Positions 27,041-37,878 of a stretch of DNA of 64,000 nucleotides are shown piece after piece. The stretch comes from Heterodontus francisci (Eukaryota), in contig NC_090389.1 in assembly GCF_036365525.1 (NCBI RefSeq), positions 81,866,179 to 81,930,178 of the forward strand, read 5' to 3'. Under the pieces are notes generated by a model. The model worked only from the letters and a program-made list of their open reading frames with translations, was not told the DNA's origin and ran no database searches. The position numbers and the translations under genes are program-made. Every line of letters starts with the position of its first letter. The stretch's first letter is position 1.

Positions 27041-27530
27041 GGGCTGAATTTTTCTCCGGAGCCTGAAGTCCTGCCACCGGGGCCGAAAGGGGGAGTGGAC
27101 CCCCACCACCCACCGCCGGGCAGCAGGACCCCAGGGCAGTATTTTGCTGGCAGCGGCCAATTAACAGGCTGCCACCACCAGGTTCATTGTCCAATTGAGG
27201 GCGACAGCTTGTCCCCTTGAGCTGCCCACTCCGAGAGCCGGTAGCTCAGCAGCGCCACTGCTAGGAGTGGCCACAACTGAGGCTGCTGCTCGAGGGAGAG
27301 GGCGCCTCAATGGTTGGACACCTTCAAAGACAGGTAAGTTCTTCTGTGGAAGCCGGAGCCAGGCAGGCAGGCCCCAGCAATCAAGGACGGTGGGGATTGT
27401 GGTGCACTGGCGGTGGGTTAAGCATGGGAGCAGCCATTGTTGTTGGAGGGGGGCCCTCCATGGGCCATGGAGCACCCAAAGAGGTACCTCTACCCCAGGA
27501 ACCCATTGTTTCTTTACTCTTTTCCTGTGA
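27041..27530. mobile_element. Partial Harbinger-type non-autonomous element
   Basis: Starts gggctgaattttt; body homologous to 25447-25920 and 59855-60599. Confidence 0.55.
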
Positions 27531-27701
27531 TGCTACCTTTCTGTTAGATTTTTGTTATCCAGGGGTATTAAGGAATATGGGATAAAGGCAGGTATTATGA
27601 AGTTAGGTCACAATCTCGTTGAATGGCGGAACAGGCTCTAGGGGCTAAATAACCTCCTCCTTTTCCTGTGATCTTCTCAGCAAGCTTCTTCTTTACTGCA
27701 G

Positions 27702-27815
27702 CAAGGTTTTCCTTGAAGTGGATCCCAGACATCCAGAGATGATACAAAATTGGCTTCAGGAATGCGCCAGCCTGCGGCTCACCTATAGAGCTACCCACTG
27801 GGACACCTGCGGAAA
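27702..27815 (+). CDS. HEMK1: HEMK1 coding exon, (G)KVFLEVDPRHPEMIQNWLQECASLRLTYRATHWDTCG(K)
   Basis: Acceptor ctttactgcag| and donor |gtaagc; 114 nt, phase 2-2. FLEVDPRHPE matches vertebrate HEMK1. Confidence 0.95.
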
Positions 27816-28183
27816 GTAAGCATCAGTGTATTTTTAATAATGTACATGAAGGGGAAAATAGGTAGTGCAAAACATCAGCAAGAGTATAAAGAGTCGGAGA
27901 GGTGAAGTGGTATATCAAAAGCATTGAGCAGATGACGCAAAGTTTAGGTTTTAAATGTATATGGTTTCAAAGTGAACAGCAAAGAGAACACCAAAGAGGA
28001 AATGGAAGTGTGAAATGGTATGTTTGGGTTAAAAAATAAAACATACTAATTAAACTTTAATTTTCGGTGAAGAGGAAGAGCAGAGAGTTGTCTGCCAGTT
28101 CACAAAACATTGAAAGCAGCAACTCAAGTGAGTGAGACCATAATAAAAACTAATGGAACACTGGCTTTTGTGGTGAGAACTAT

Positions 28184-28650
28184 CTTCTTCGGCCTCCTTA
28201 TCTCGAGAGACAATGGGTAAGCGCCTGGAGGTGGTCAGTGGTGTGTGGAGCAGCGCCTGGAGTGGCTATAAAGGCCAATTCTAGAGTGACAGGCTCTTCC
28301 ACAGGTGCTGCAGAAAAATTTGTTTGTCAGGGCTGTTACACAGTTGGCTCTCCCCTTGCGCCTCTGTCTTTTTTCCTGCCAACTGCTAAGTCTCTTCGAC
28401 TCGCCACACTTTAGCCCCGCCTTTATGACTGCCCGCCAGCTCTGGCGAACACTGGCAACTGACTCCCACGGCTTATGATCAATGTCACAGGACTTCATGT
28501 CGCGTTTGCAGACGTCTTTAAATCGGAGACATGGACGGCCGGTGGGTCTGATACCAGTGGCGAGCTCGCTGTACAATGTGTCTTTGGGGATCCTGCCATC
28601 TTCCATGCGGCTCACATGGCCAAGCCATCTCAAGCGCCGCTGACTCAGTA
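28184..28650 (-). mobile_element. RTE LINE 3' fragment inserted in an old CR1
   Basis: ORF RLRWLGHVSRMEDGRIPK...CSTCGRAC; (gaa)n tail; TSD gagaactat at 28175-28183 and 28651-28659. Confidence 0.92.
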
Positions 28651-28832
28651 GAGAACTATAGAACATAAAAATAGAGCTGAAATAGTGAATCTGTGTAAAA
28701 CTTTAGTGAGACCACAAGTTGTTGCCATAAAAATATTGGACATTGGGAGAAAAGGTTATTTGACCAGGTGGAGGTGGGAAGCCATGTGGGAGTACTGTGT
28801 GCAGTTTCAGGCTCTTCAACAGGGAAAGGTGG

Positions 28833-29117
28833 GAGTCAGTTGCCAGCGATCGCCAGAGCTGGCAGGCAACCATAAAGGCGGGGCTAAAGCGTGGCGAGTC
28901 GAAGAGACTTAGCAGTTGGCAGGAAAAAAGACAGAGGCGCAAGGGGAGAGCCAACTGTGTAACAGCCCCGACAACCAATTTTATCTGCAGCACCTGTGGA
29001 AGAGTCTGTCACTCTAGAATTGGCCTTTATAGCCACTCCAGGCGCTGCTGCACAAACCACTGACCACCTCCAGGCGCTTACCCATTGTCTCTCGAGACAA
29101 GGAGACCAAAGAAGAAG
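28833..29117 (+). mobile_element. RTE LINE 3' fragment inserted in the same old CR1
   Basis: WESVASDRQSW...HSRRC; gaagaag tail; 15-bp TSD with 2 mismatches at 28818-28832 and 29118-29132. Confidence 0.9.
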
Positions 29118-30474
29118 AATAGGGAAAAGTGGTTGAGTTAATAGACAGGAACACCGCACATTCACAAGGAAGCTGTCTGGTATGAGAGAATTCAAATATG
29201 AAGAAAGACTTGGAAAATTGGGCTTACTTCATGAGAGGAGATAAAGGTGATTTGAAATTATAAAGAGATAGGCAGGGTAGATAGAAACAGACTGTTTCCG
29301 GTCATTGATTGGCTGGAATAAAGGGGAACAGATCTAAGGTTAAATGTAAGAGATTCAGGAACAGTAGCAGGAAAATGTTTTTGCACAACAGGGGTTGTGA
29401 GGCTGTGGAATTTGCTCCACTAGAGTTCGTGATTGAACCAGAGAACATAATATTTAAGAATAGGCTAGATAGATGATTGAAGGAAAAGGGGACTGAAGGG
29501 AAATGGGAGCAAGGCAAGCACACAGTATTAGGACTGGAAAAATGTCTGCTGATTGCAGAAGCAAAAATCTCACATTCTCCCCCTCCAAAAATGTATCCAA
29601 TTCTCCCTTAAATTAATAAAGCTGTTTAATTATTTGTGTCACGTTGCTGGCATAATGAAAACTTGTTTCTTTTAAGTCTAACATACATTCATATATAAAT
29701 TATGGAGTAAAATCTGATCTGTGATATAATGACTAAGATTTCCTCAGTGCCTGTTTGTGTCTGTGATTTCCCTCACTAGAAGCTAGCAACTTCCCTACAG
29801 GGAGGGAAAGGTACAAATGAAGCCAGTCACCCTGGATCAACATGGCCAGCTGGAAGGTGATCTCAGAGCTGTATTGTCAGAGGTTCCTGGAGTAGATTGT
29901 CCATCCTTCCTTCTGTTCGGAATGGTGTTTCCCATAATGCAAACTCAAGAAATAAGCTGGGAACAAAATAACTTAAAATACGAAGTTTCACTTCCCAGAA
30001 ATGTAATTGAATAATGTGCAATGTCAAGGATTTCAGGAATAGGCATTTGACTTGAAATTGCACCAGCAAATAGTTTCAGTCTCAGCCTATTGTTGCCAAC
30101 TTCTGCCTGGGGATATCCCAGGAGGTTTCATCACATGGCTTCCCACCTTCAAACTGGTCAAATAGCCTTTTCTCCGAATGTCCAATATTTTTATGGCAAC
30201 AACTTGCATTTATACCAAATAACAAAAGCCTTCAAAGAAAATGAAAACAACCTATAATTCTTTTAATGCCTTGATGATTTTACTCCTGGGTGGTGCTTGC
30301 AGCAGTGTCCGGGAAGTTGATCTTTAGTTCAGTCCTGGAGGATTGTCAACTCTGTCTCCCCACTGATCCTTGATGACCTGGCTGAATGAATTCAAGAGTG
30401 CGTCAAGGAGAGATGGAAAATGCTTGTGTCCTATCAGCTAACACAAAATCAGAATATACTGGGACTGAGAACAT

Positions 30475-31205
30475 GGGCTGGCTTTTTGTTTTGGGGTTGG
30501 GACCCCAATGTCGGGTTCCCAACCCCGTGTCGCGTCGGCCTCAGGCACCCAATGCAAAGTTTGTAGGAATGACAAATTAGTGGCCAGGAAGCATATTCAC
30601 TGTCTAATTAAGGACAGCAGGCAGGCTCCAGAGGCTAGAAGGCTAATAGGAGGCCCTCCAGCAATGACAGATCAGCAGCCCGTCCATCCAAAGTGAGAAC
30701 TGCCAATGCATGTAAGGGGGAAGAGAGCGAGCGCCTCACGATGGAGGCGCCCTCAAAAGACAATGTATAAAATTTGAAAAGGCCGCAGCTGCCAGGCTGT
30801 CATTATAGAGAGTCAGCCCCTCCCCTGGCTGGCCAGGGCCACAGCTGGTGCGGGGACGGGGGGCAAGTTCCTAGCGGGATGGTGCTGGCCACCCACCTCC
30901 CTACCCCCAAATCCCCCGTCTGCTGCCAGGAGGCCACCTTCATTCTTGGCCATGTTTTGGCCTCAGTGGGAGGCCCACAAGCTGTCTCAAAAATCCTAGT
31001 TGGCTTCTGCTGAGTTGCCTTAATAGGCCATTTAACTGGCCTAATAGGCCTCCTGCTTGTGGGTGGGTAGCCATCATCACCCCACCCGCTCTGCCCAAAA
31101 TGACACTGTCCTGGAGGCAGGCGCATGCCAGCAACCCGGCACACTGCTCTCCGATGCCAATTTTCAGGTCTTCCCGCCTCTTGACGGGAATCCAAAATTC
31201 TGCCC
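30475..31205. mobile_element. Complete non-autonomous Harbinger-type TIR element
   Basis: TIRs gggctggcttttt / aaaattctgccc, with a 3-bp TSD cat on both sides (30472-30474 and 31206-31208). Confidence 0.75.
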
Positions 31206-31633
31206 CATATGCCTGTTCCCTTCTTGTGCATCCCCCAGTTCCATCGTCCCATCATTGGTGGCCGTGCCTTCAACTACCTATGCCCTAAGCTCTGAAATTC
31301 CATTCCTTAACCTCTCCTCCTTTAAAACGCTCCTTTAGGTCACCTGTTCATATGTAGCTCGGTGTTGTTTTTCATTGGATTACACTCCTGTGAAGCATCT
31401 TGGAATGTTTTCCTACATTAAAGAAATTAAAGGCACTATATAAATGCAAGTTGTTGCTGAGTGCTACACAGTGCATTGAGGCTGGTGGAGGGGGCATAGT
31501 TTTACACTATGTCTAAAAACCGTGTCCTAAAAATATCAGACATGCAAAATGAGGAGTAGCTAGAATTATAATGTTTATGATCTGTTGATATATCTGATTA
31601 TTAAATGCCTGAGTTTATTTGTTCCCATTACAG

Positions 31634-31664
31634 GCCACGTTTCTGTGTCCTGCAGAGAATTTGA
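31634..31664 (+). CDS. HEMK1: HEMK1 last coding exon, (K)PRFCVLQRI*
   Basis: Acceptor tttgttcccattacag|. AA|G completes Lys, giving DTCGKPRF (cf. DFCGRPRF); TGA at 31662-31664. Confidence 0.9.
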
Positions 31665-32029
31665 ACAACCCTTATCTCCTTTACCCATGTTGAATAGAAA
31701 CTGTAAGATTATGTCTGCACAACTCCAGAACTTCTATCATATCAGCACATCTGGAAGGCAGAGTTCTGCATTGCTTCTGTTACTACAAGCAACCTGACAC
31801 TGAGATTTCTGATCTACAACAGATGCCGCTGATGCCACAATGTATGGTGGGAATTTCTTCGGGGAGTGGGTTCCAGTCGGCCACTGTAACTTTGGTGGAG
31901 AATTGGCGGGAAGCCTGTTTATACGTCTCTTCAAGGTTTATGCGTCTATTCAGGATTTATGTTAATGTTGTGGCAGCCAATCGAGAGAATCCCCTATGGA
32001 AGACTTATTAGCTTTATTATCTATTCACA

Positions 32030-32560
32030 GAATTATAGAATGACATTCTTCGACCTGTGCTGGCTCATTGAAGAGCTATCTCATTCAGTCCCACTCCACA
32101 GCTTTCTCCCCATAATCCTGTAAATTAGTCCTCTTCAAGTACATGTCCAATTGCCTTTTAAAAATTCCCACGGAATCTGCTTTCGTCATGCTTTCAGATA
32201 GTTCATTCCAGATTATAACAGCCCTCTGTCTGAAATGACTTCTCCTCATTTCCTCTCTAGTTCTTTTGCCAATTATTTATATGCATGATATCTGGTTATT
32301 GTACCACTTGCCAAAGGAAAATGTTTCTCCCTACTTGGCTCTATCAAAACCCCTCATAATTTTGAACACCTCCAATAGGTCTCCCCTTAAACTTCTCTGC
32401 TGTAAGGAGATCAATCCCAGCTTCTCCAGTCTCTCCACATAACTGAAGCCCCTCATCTCTGATATAATTCTGATAAACCTACTCTATATCCTCTCCAAGG
32501 CCTTGACATTATTTCCTAAAGTGTAGTGCCCAGAATTACACACACTACATCAAAATTGCA
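32030..32560 (-). mobile_element. Old CR1 3' fragment
   Basis: Reverse complement matches the CR1 RT C-terminus and 3' UTR (ggtctccccttaaacttctctgctgtaaggag...). Confidence 0.7.
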
Positions 32561-32932
32561 CACAATGCTATTAATTCCCTAGCTGATTAAAGGCTGAATG
32601 GAAACTTTCCTTGCTGATAATATTAATGTACTTTCCTGGGCTTGAACAGTATGTCCGAATCACAGTCCCACTGTAATCGGCAGTAATGCTACTCTGGGAC
32701 ACATAGTGCTGCTCCCTATCAGATGCCAGTTTTTCTCAGTTGGTAACAATCTTGTTGAGTCAAAAGCTTGTTGTTCAAGACCCATTCCAGGATCTGAGCA
32801 AATAAACTAAGGTGACACTTTAATGCAGTACTGAGGGAGTGCTACAGCATTGACGGTACTGCCCTTTGGAAGTGATGTTAAACCGAGGTTTTCCCAATTT
32901 AGGTGTGGCATTAAAGATCCTTTGATACCCAA

Positions 32933-33331
32933 AGACACATTGTACAGCGAGCTCGCCACTGGTATCAGACCCACCGGCCGTCCATGTCTCCGCTTCAAAG
33001 ACGTCTGCAGACGCGACATGAAGTCCTGTGACATTGATCACAAGTCGTGGGAATCAGTTGCCAGCGTTCGCCAGAGCTGGCGGGCAGTCATAAAGACAGG
33101 GCTAAAGTGTGGCGAGTCGAAGAGACTTAGCAGTTGGCAGGAAAAAAGACAGAGGCGCAAGGGGAGAGCCAACTGTGTAACAGCCCCAACAATCAAATTT
33201 TTCTGCAGCACCTGTGGAAGAGCCTGTCACTCTAGAATTGGCCTTTATAGCCACTCCAGGCGCTGCTTCACAAACCACTGACCACCTCCAGGCGCTTAAC
33301 CATTGTCTCTCGAGATAAGGAGGCCAAAGAA
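32933..33331 (+). mobile_element. RTE LINE 3' fragment inserted in a SINE
   Basis: KDTLYSELATGIRPTGRP...CFTNH; TSD gatacccaa at 32924-32932 and 33332-33340. Confidence 0.92.
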
Positions 33332-34339
33332 GATACCCAACATGAGTTGAGGTAGAAGATTGAAGATAGAAGAATCATTGAATGGTGGAGCAGGCTTGAG
33401 GGGCCAATGGCCCACTCCTGCTCCTATTTCTTATGTTCTTACAACACTTTTCAAGATGAGCAGGAAGTTCTCCCAGTTCTCACAAGCAACCTTACACCCT
33501 CAATCACAATCAATCACCAAAAGAAAAAGCTTCATCGCTGCTCATGGAATATTTACCTACATAACAAGCCACTGCATTTTAAACAGTAATTCACATGAAC
33601 TGCTATGAATCATTTCTCAAGAAACATGGTAAAGCACTAAATTTATCTCTATCACTAGAGCAGACTGCAGGAAAGAAAAAATGCCACACAGCTCTCTACT
33701 CACATGAGATAGATGAAAAAGCCTATATATATTTTAAAACATACTTTTTAAATAGACCTTGGGGGAACTGCACGACACAAAAAAAGTACTTCATTAAATC
33801 TGAGTATCAGTGTGACAGAAACTAAACCACTGCAAGGATCATGTTTTGATAAATATATTTTTACTATCAGAGACTTGCAAAAGATTTGCAATTAGTATCT
33901 ATATTGCAACGGTACTTCTTTAAATATAGGATTTCTAGTTATTCATTCACCAAAGACTTTAACAGAATCAAAACTTCTTATGCTAGAAAAAGCGACATAA
34001 AGCTGTCCATGTGTAAAAACAGGTCTGGGAATATAAATACAAATTTTGTCAAAAATGTCTTGCCTTGTGACTTGTTTATAGTCATAGAATATGAAAGTCT
34101 AATTGGGAACTGTTTTCTCCCGAGTTGAAAAGACAGTTTACTTCTGATGAGCTGAATATTATTCAAGAAATGAACACTCTGGGCCGTACTTTTAAAGCCT
34201 GCCGAGTGCAGAGGCGAGCACAATTTGAACATCACATTCTCGGAGGTCGGCACTGGGACCTATCACCTCTGGAACGCGATGCTATTTTTAAAGGAACAGC
34301 AGGAGGGAGGGAACCAATCGGGCTCACGTCTCCAATTAA

Positions 34340-34676
34340 TTTTAGATTTTAGATTTAGAGATACAGCACTGAAACAGGCCCTTCGGCCCACCGAGTCTGT
34401 GCCGACCATCAACCACCCATTTATACTAATCCCATAGTCCTATCACATCCTCACCTGTCCCTATATTCCCCTGCCACCTACCTATACTAGGGGAAATTTA
34501 TAATGGCCAATTTACCTATCAACCTGCAAGTCTTTTGGCTGTAGGAGGAAACCGGAGCACCCGGATGAAACCCACGCAGACACAGGGAGAACTTGCAAAC
34601 TCCACACAGGCAGTACCCAGAATTGAACCCGGGTCGCTGGAGCTGTGAGGCTGCGGTGCTAACCACTGTGCCGCCC
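34340..34676 (-). mobile_element. HE1-like V-SINE (tRNA-derived head, V-domain, CR1-derived tail)
   Basis: Minus strand gggcggcacagtggttagcaccgcagcctcacagctccagcgacccgggttcaattc (A and B boxes), then tgtgtggagtttgcaagttctccc...gtgctccggtttcctcc; tail gggccgaagggcctgtttcagtgctgtatc(tctaaa)n. Confidence 0.9.
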
Positions 34677-34719
34677 TGTTGAGCTCATTGAAGAGCTCAT
34701 TAACAGGCTTGTCAGCAGC

Positions 34720-36500
34720 AGGTTTTAATTTTCAAAGTCTAGGAAGGTGGAGGACATTGGGTGGGAACACGGTAGGGTTTTCAAATCATGAACACAGTGG
34801 AGGGCCAAGGGAAGGGCTGACTAAAATACTGCAGAGGCACAAAGTAAAGCTCAACTGCTTCAAAAGTGCCACATAGTGGCCATTGCTACATCCGTAAGAT
34901 TTGCTTTTCTCAGTGGTGAGTGGCAGGAATTCGGAGAGGGACATGAGCCCACTGGCATCACTGGAGTTGGCAGGGGAAGGCCTGGTGAATATATAAAGCC
35001 CAGCTGAGGGTGTTCAGATGGGAACAGGCTACTATGACATTAGACAGAACAGCCACAAGGTGCTGCAGCAGATTCAACCTCCTGGACAGCAGGAGGCTAG
35101 AGGAACACAGCGGGGGACTGCAAGGGGAGGAAGGCGCTATCCAAGACATTGTGTGCACAGCCCAAGCTTCAGCTGCCTGCAAATGACTGAATGCCAGTGC
35201 CATAAGAGCCTGTGCCTATCCAGACAAATGGTCTCGGATGTTTGTGCTCTGATCCACAATGACCTGAGGCCTTACAGCCCCCATGACAGTCCCTTACCTG
35301 CAGCCATCAAGGACTCTGTCGCCCTAAACTTTCATGCAGCTGGGTCGTTCCAGGGATCGGCTGTGGACCTAGGTGGCTTCTTGCAGTCGGCAGCTCATCC
35401 GGCCATTAGATAGATCATGGATGCCATTTTCAGGAGGGTTGGGGAATAAACCCATTTTGACGTAGATGGGCCTGCGCAGGCACAGAGGGTATTAGGTTCC
35501 GCCTTCATCGCTAGATTCCCCCAGGTGCAGGGCATCATCGTTTGTGCCCATGTGGCCATCAAGGCATCCAGCAAACAGTGAGATATATCAACAGGAAGGG
35601 CTTCCACTCTCTCAGCATACAACAGCTCTGTGACCACAACAAGAGCTTCCTCTACGTGTAACCTCGCTTTCTTGGCAGATTCCATGACTCCTTCATCCTC
35701 CGCCAGTCCAGGCAGCCTCAGTACACTCCATCCTTTAAAGTGCATGGATGGATCCAAGGGGACAAGGGAAATCCCTTGAAGAGATGGCAACTGACCCCTC
35801 TACGGGAGCCCCAGAACAGATGAAACAACCAATGCCACCTGCTCAGCAGGCCAACCATTGAGCAGGCCATCGAGTTTCGGATCTGATTCCGAAACCTGGA
35901 TCAGTCGGGTGGCACACTCCAGTACCCTCCTGCAAGGGTCTCAGTTAATGTGGTGATCTGCTGCGCTCTCCATAATATGGCCCTGCAGAAAGGTGTGGAC
36001 CTCGAAGAGTGTGAGGCCCTGGAAGGAGAGGAGCAGGAGATAAGAGAGGAGGAGAAGGAAGAGGGAGCAGAAGAGGATAACACTGAACAGAGAGGCGCAC
36101 CTGCTGCATGACGAAGCAGCCTGCCACCCTCCAGGAAGAGGACCTCCGTCCTCTACCTCATTGCGTGCAGCATTAGATCCAGGTGGACATTGATGAAGCG
36201 AGGGTCTGCCCATGCCCTAAAGCCAGGCCTGCTGTGACATCTTGTTTCCTTCTGATGAAATAGAAGGCTTTGGCACAAAATGCAGATCTCCCCCCTGCCA
36301 TGGGGTGTCCACATGAACTACTTGATCTGATCCACCTCCATTTTCAATCCCACTGGCTCTAAGTGGAAAGGAAACCCGTCTCCATACTAATTAAGGGCTT
36401 ACCCATTTGAAAATTGCAATCAGAATCAGTTTCCCACAGGAGACGTGTTTCTGACCCAAAACCAGTCCTGTATCCCACCTTCGTAACAATAATCCAGCCC
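34720..36500 (+). mobile_element. PIF/Harbinger transposon with a decayed transposase
   Basis: RRYPRH...LQMTECQC...LSRQMVSDVC...VALNFHAAGSFQGS (35018-35413), then RFPQVQGIIVCAHVAIKA (degenerate GxIDCTH). Right TIR aataatccagccc; left boundary uncertain (34181 or about 34720). Confidence 0.85.
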
Positions 36501-36672
36501 ATTATTTCCTTGAAATCTTCCTGTTATAATTTCAGCATCTATCATTGAAGAAAACAGCTTCCTAACTACCAGAATAAAAGCAAAATACTGCGGATGCTGG
36601 AAATCTGAAACAAAAACAAGAAATGCTGGATTCACTCAGCAGGTCTGGCAGCATCTGTGGAAAGAGAAGCAG

Positions 36673-36709
36673 AGTTAACGTTTCGGGTCAGTGACCCTTC
36701 TTCGGAACT
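36673..36709 (-). ncRNA. Minimal hammerhead ribozyme motif, inverted copy
   Basis: Exact reverse complement of 39872-39908. Confidence 0.7.
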
Positions 36710-37878
36710 GACAAATATTAGAAAAGTCACAGATTATAAACAAGTGAGGTGGGGGTGGGGCAAGAGATAACAAAGGAGAAGGTGCAGATTGGACCAGGCC
36801 ACATAGCTGACCAAAAGGTCATGGAGCAAAGGCAAACAATATGTTAATGGTGTGTTGAAAGACAAAGCATTAGTACAGATTAGGTGTGAATATACTGAAT
36901 ATTGAACATCAGCAAGTGCAAACCTGAAGAAAAACAACCTGAAAAAAACAGTGGGTAAGCAAACTGAACAAACTAAGATGAAATGAAATAAATGCAAAAA
37001 AAGATTGTAAAAAATGTAAAAAGGAATGCAAAAAAAAAGGAAGAAAAAATAACTAAAAATGACTAAAAATGAAAGTAAAGTGGGGGGCTGTCATGCTCTG
37101 AAATTATTGAACTCAATGTTCAGTCCGGCAGGCTGTAGTGTGCCTAATCGGTAGATGAGATGCTGTTCCTCGAGCTTGCGTTGATGTTCACTGGAACACT
37201 GCAGCAATCCCAGGACAGAGATGTGAGCATGAGAGCAGGGGGGAGTGTTGAAATGGCAAGCAACCGGAAGCTCAGGGTCCTGCTTGCGGACTGAGCGGAG
37301 ATGTTCCGCAAAGCGGTCACCCAGTCTGCGCTTGGTCTCCCCAATGTAGAGGAGACCACACTGTGAGCAGCGAATACAGTATACTACATTGAAAGAAGTA
37401 CAAGTAAATCGCTGCTTCACCTGAAAGGAGTGTTTGGGGCCTGGGATAGTGAGGAGAGAGGAGGTAAATGGGCAGGTATTACACCTCCTGCGATTGCAAG
37501 GGAAGGTGCCCTGGGACGGGGACGAGGTGGTGGGGGTAATGGAGGAGTGGACCAGGGTGTCGCGGAGGGAACGATCCCTTCGGAATGCTGACAGGGGAAG
37601 GGAAGGGAAGATGCGACTGGTAGTGGCATCACGCTGGAGGTGGCGAAAATGGCGGAGGATGATCCTTTGGATATGGAGGCTGGTGGGATGAAAAGTGAGG
37701 ACAAGGGGAACCCTGTCACGGTTCTGGGAGGGAGGGGAAGGGGTGAGGGTAGAGGTGCGGGGAATGGGTCGGACACGGTTGAGGGCCCTGTCAACCACAG
37801 TGCGGGGAAATCCTCGGTTGAGGAAAAAGGAGGTCATATCCTTCAACTCCATGCATTTCCTTCAAGTCCTTCAACTCC

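Noticed and set aside
29992-30000. STAT-type TTCCCAGAA site (others near 52765 and 57766)
   Set aside because: Isolated 9-mers with 6 fixed bases are expected by chance many times in 64 kb; there is no clustering.
34600-34676. tRNA gene
   Set aside because: The A and B boxes belong to a SINE head followed by a V-domain and LINE tail; there is no full cloverleaf.
35018-36190. Host HARBI1 gene
   Set aside because: Stops, frameshifts, a mutated catalytic-motif Asp and a flanking TIR indicate a dead transposon.
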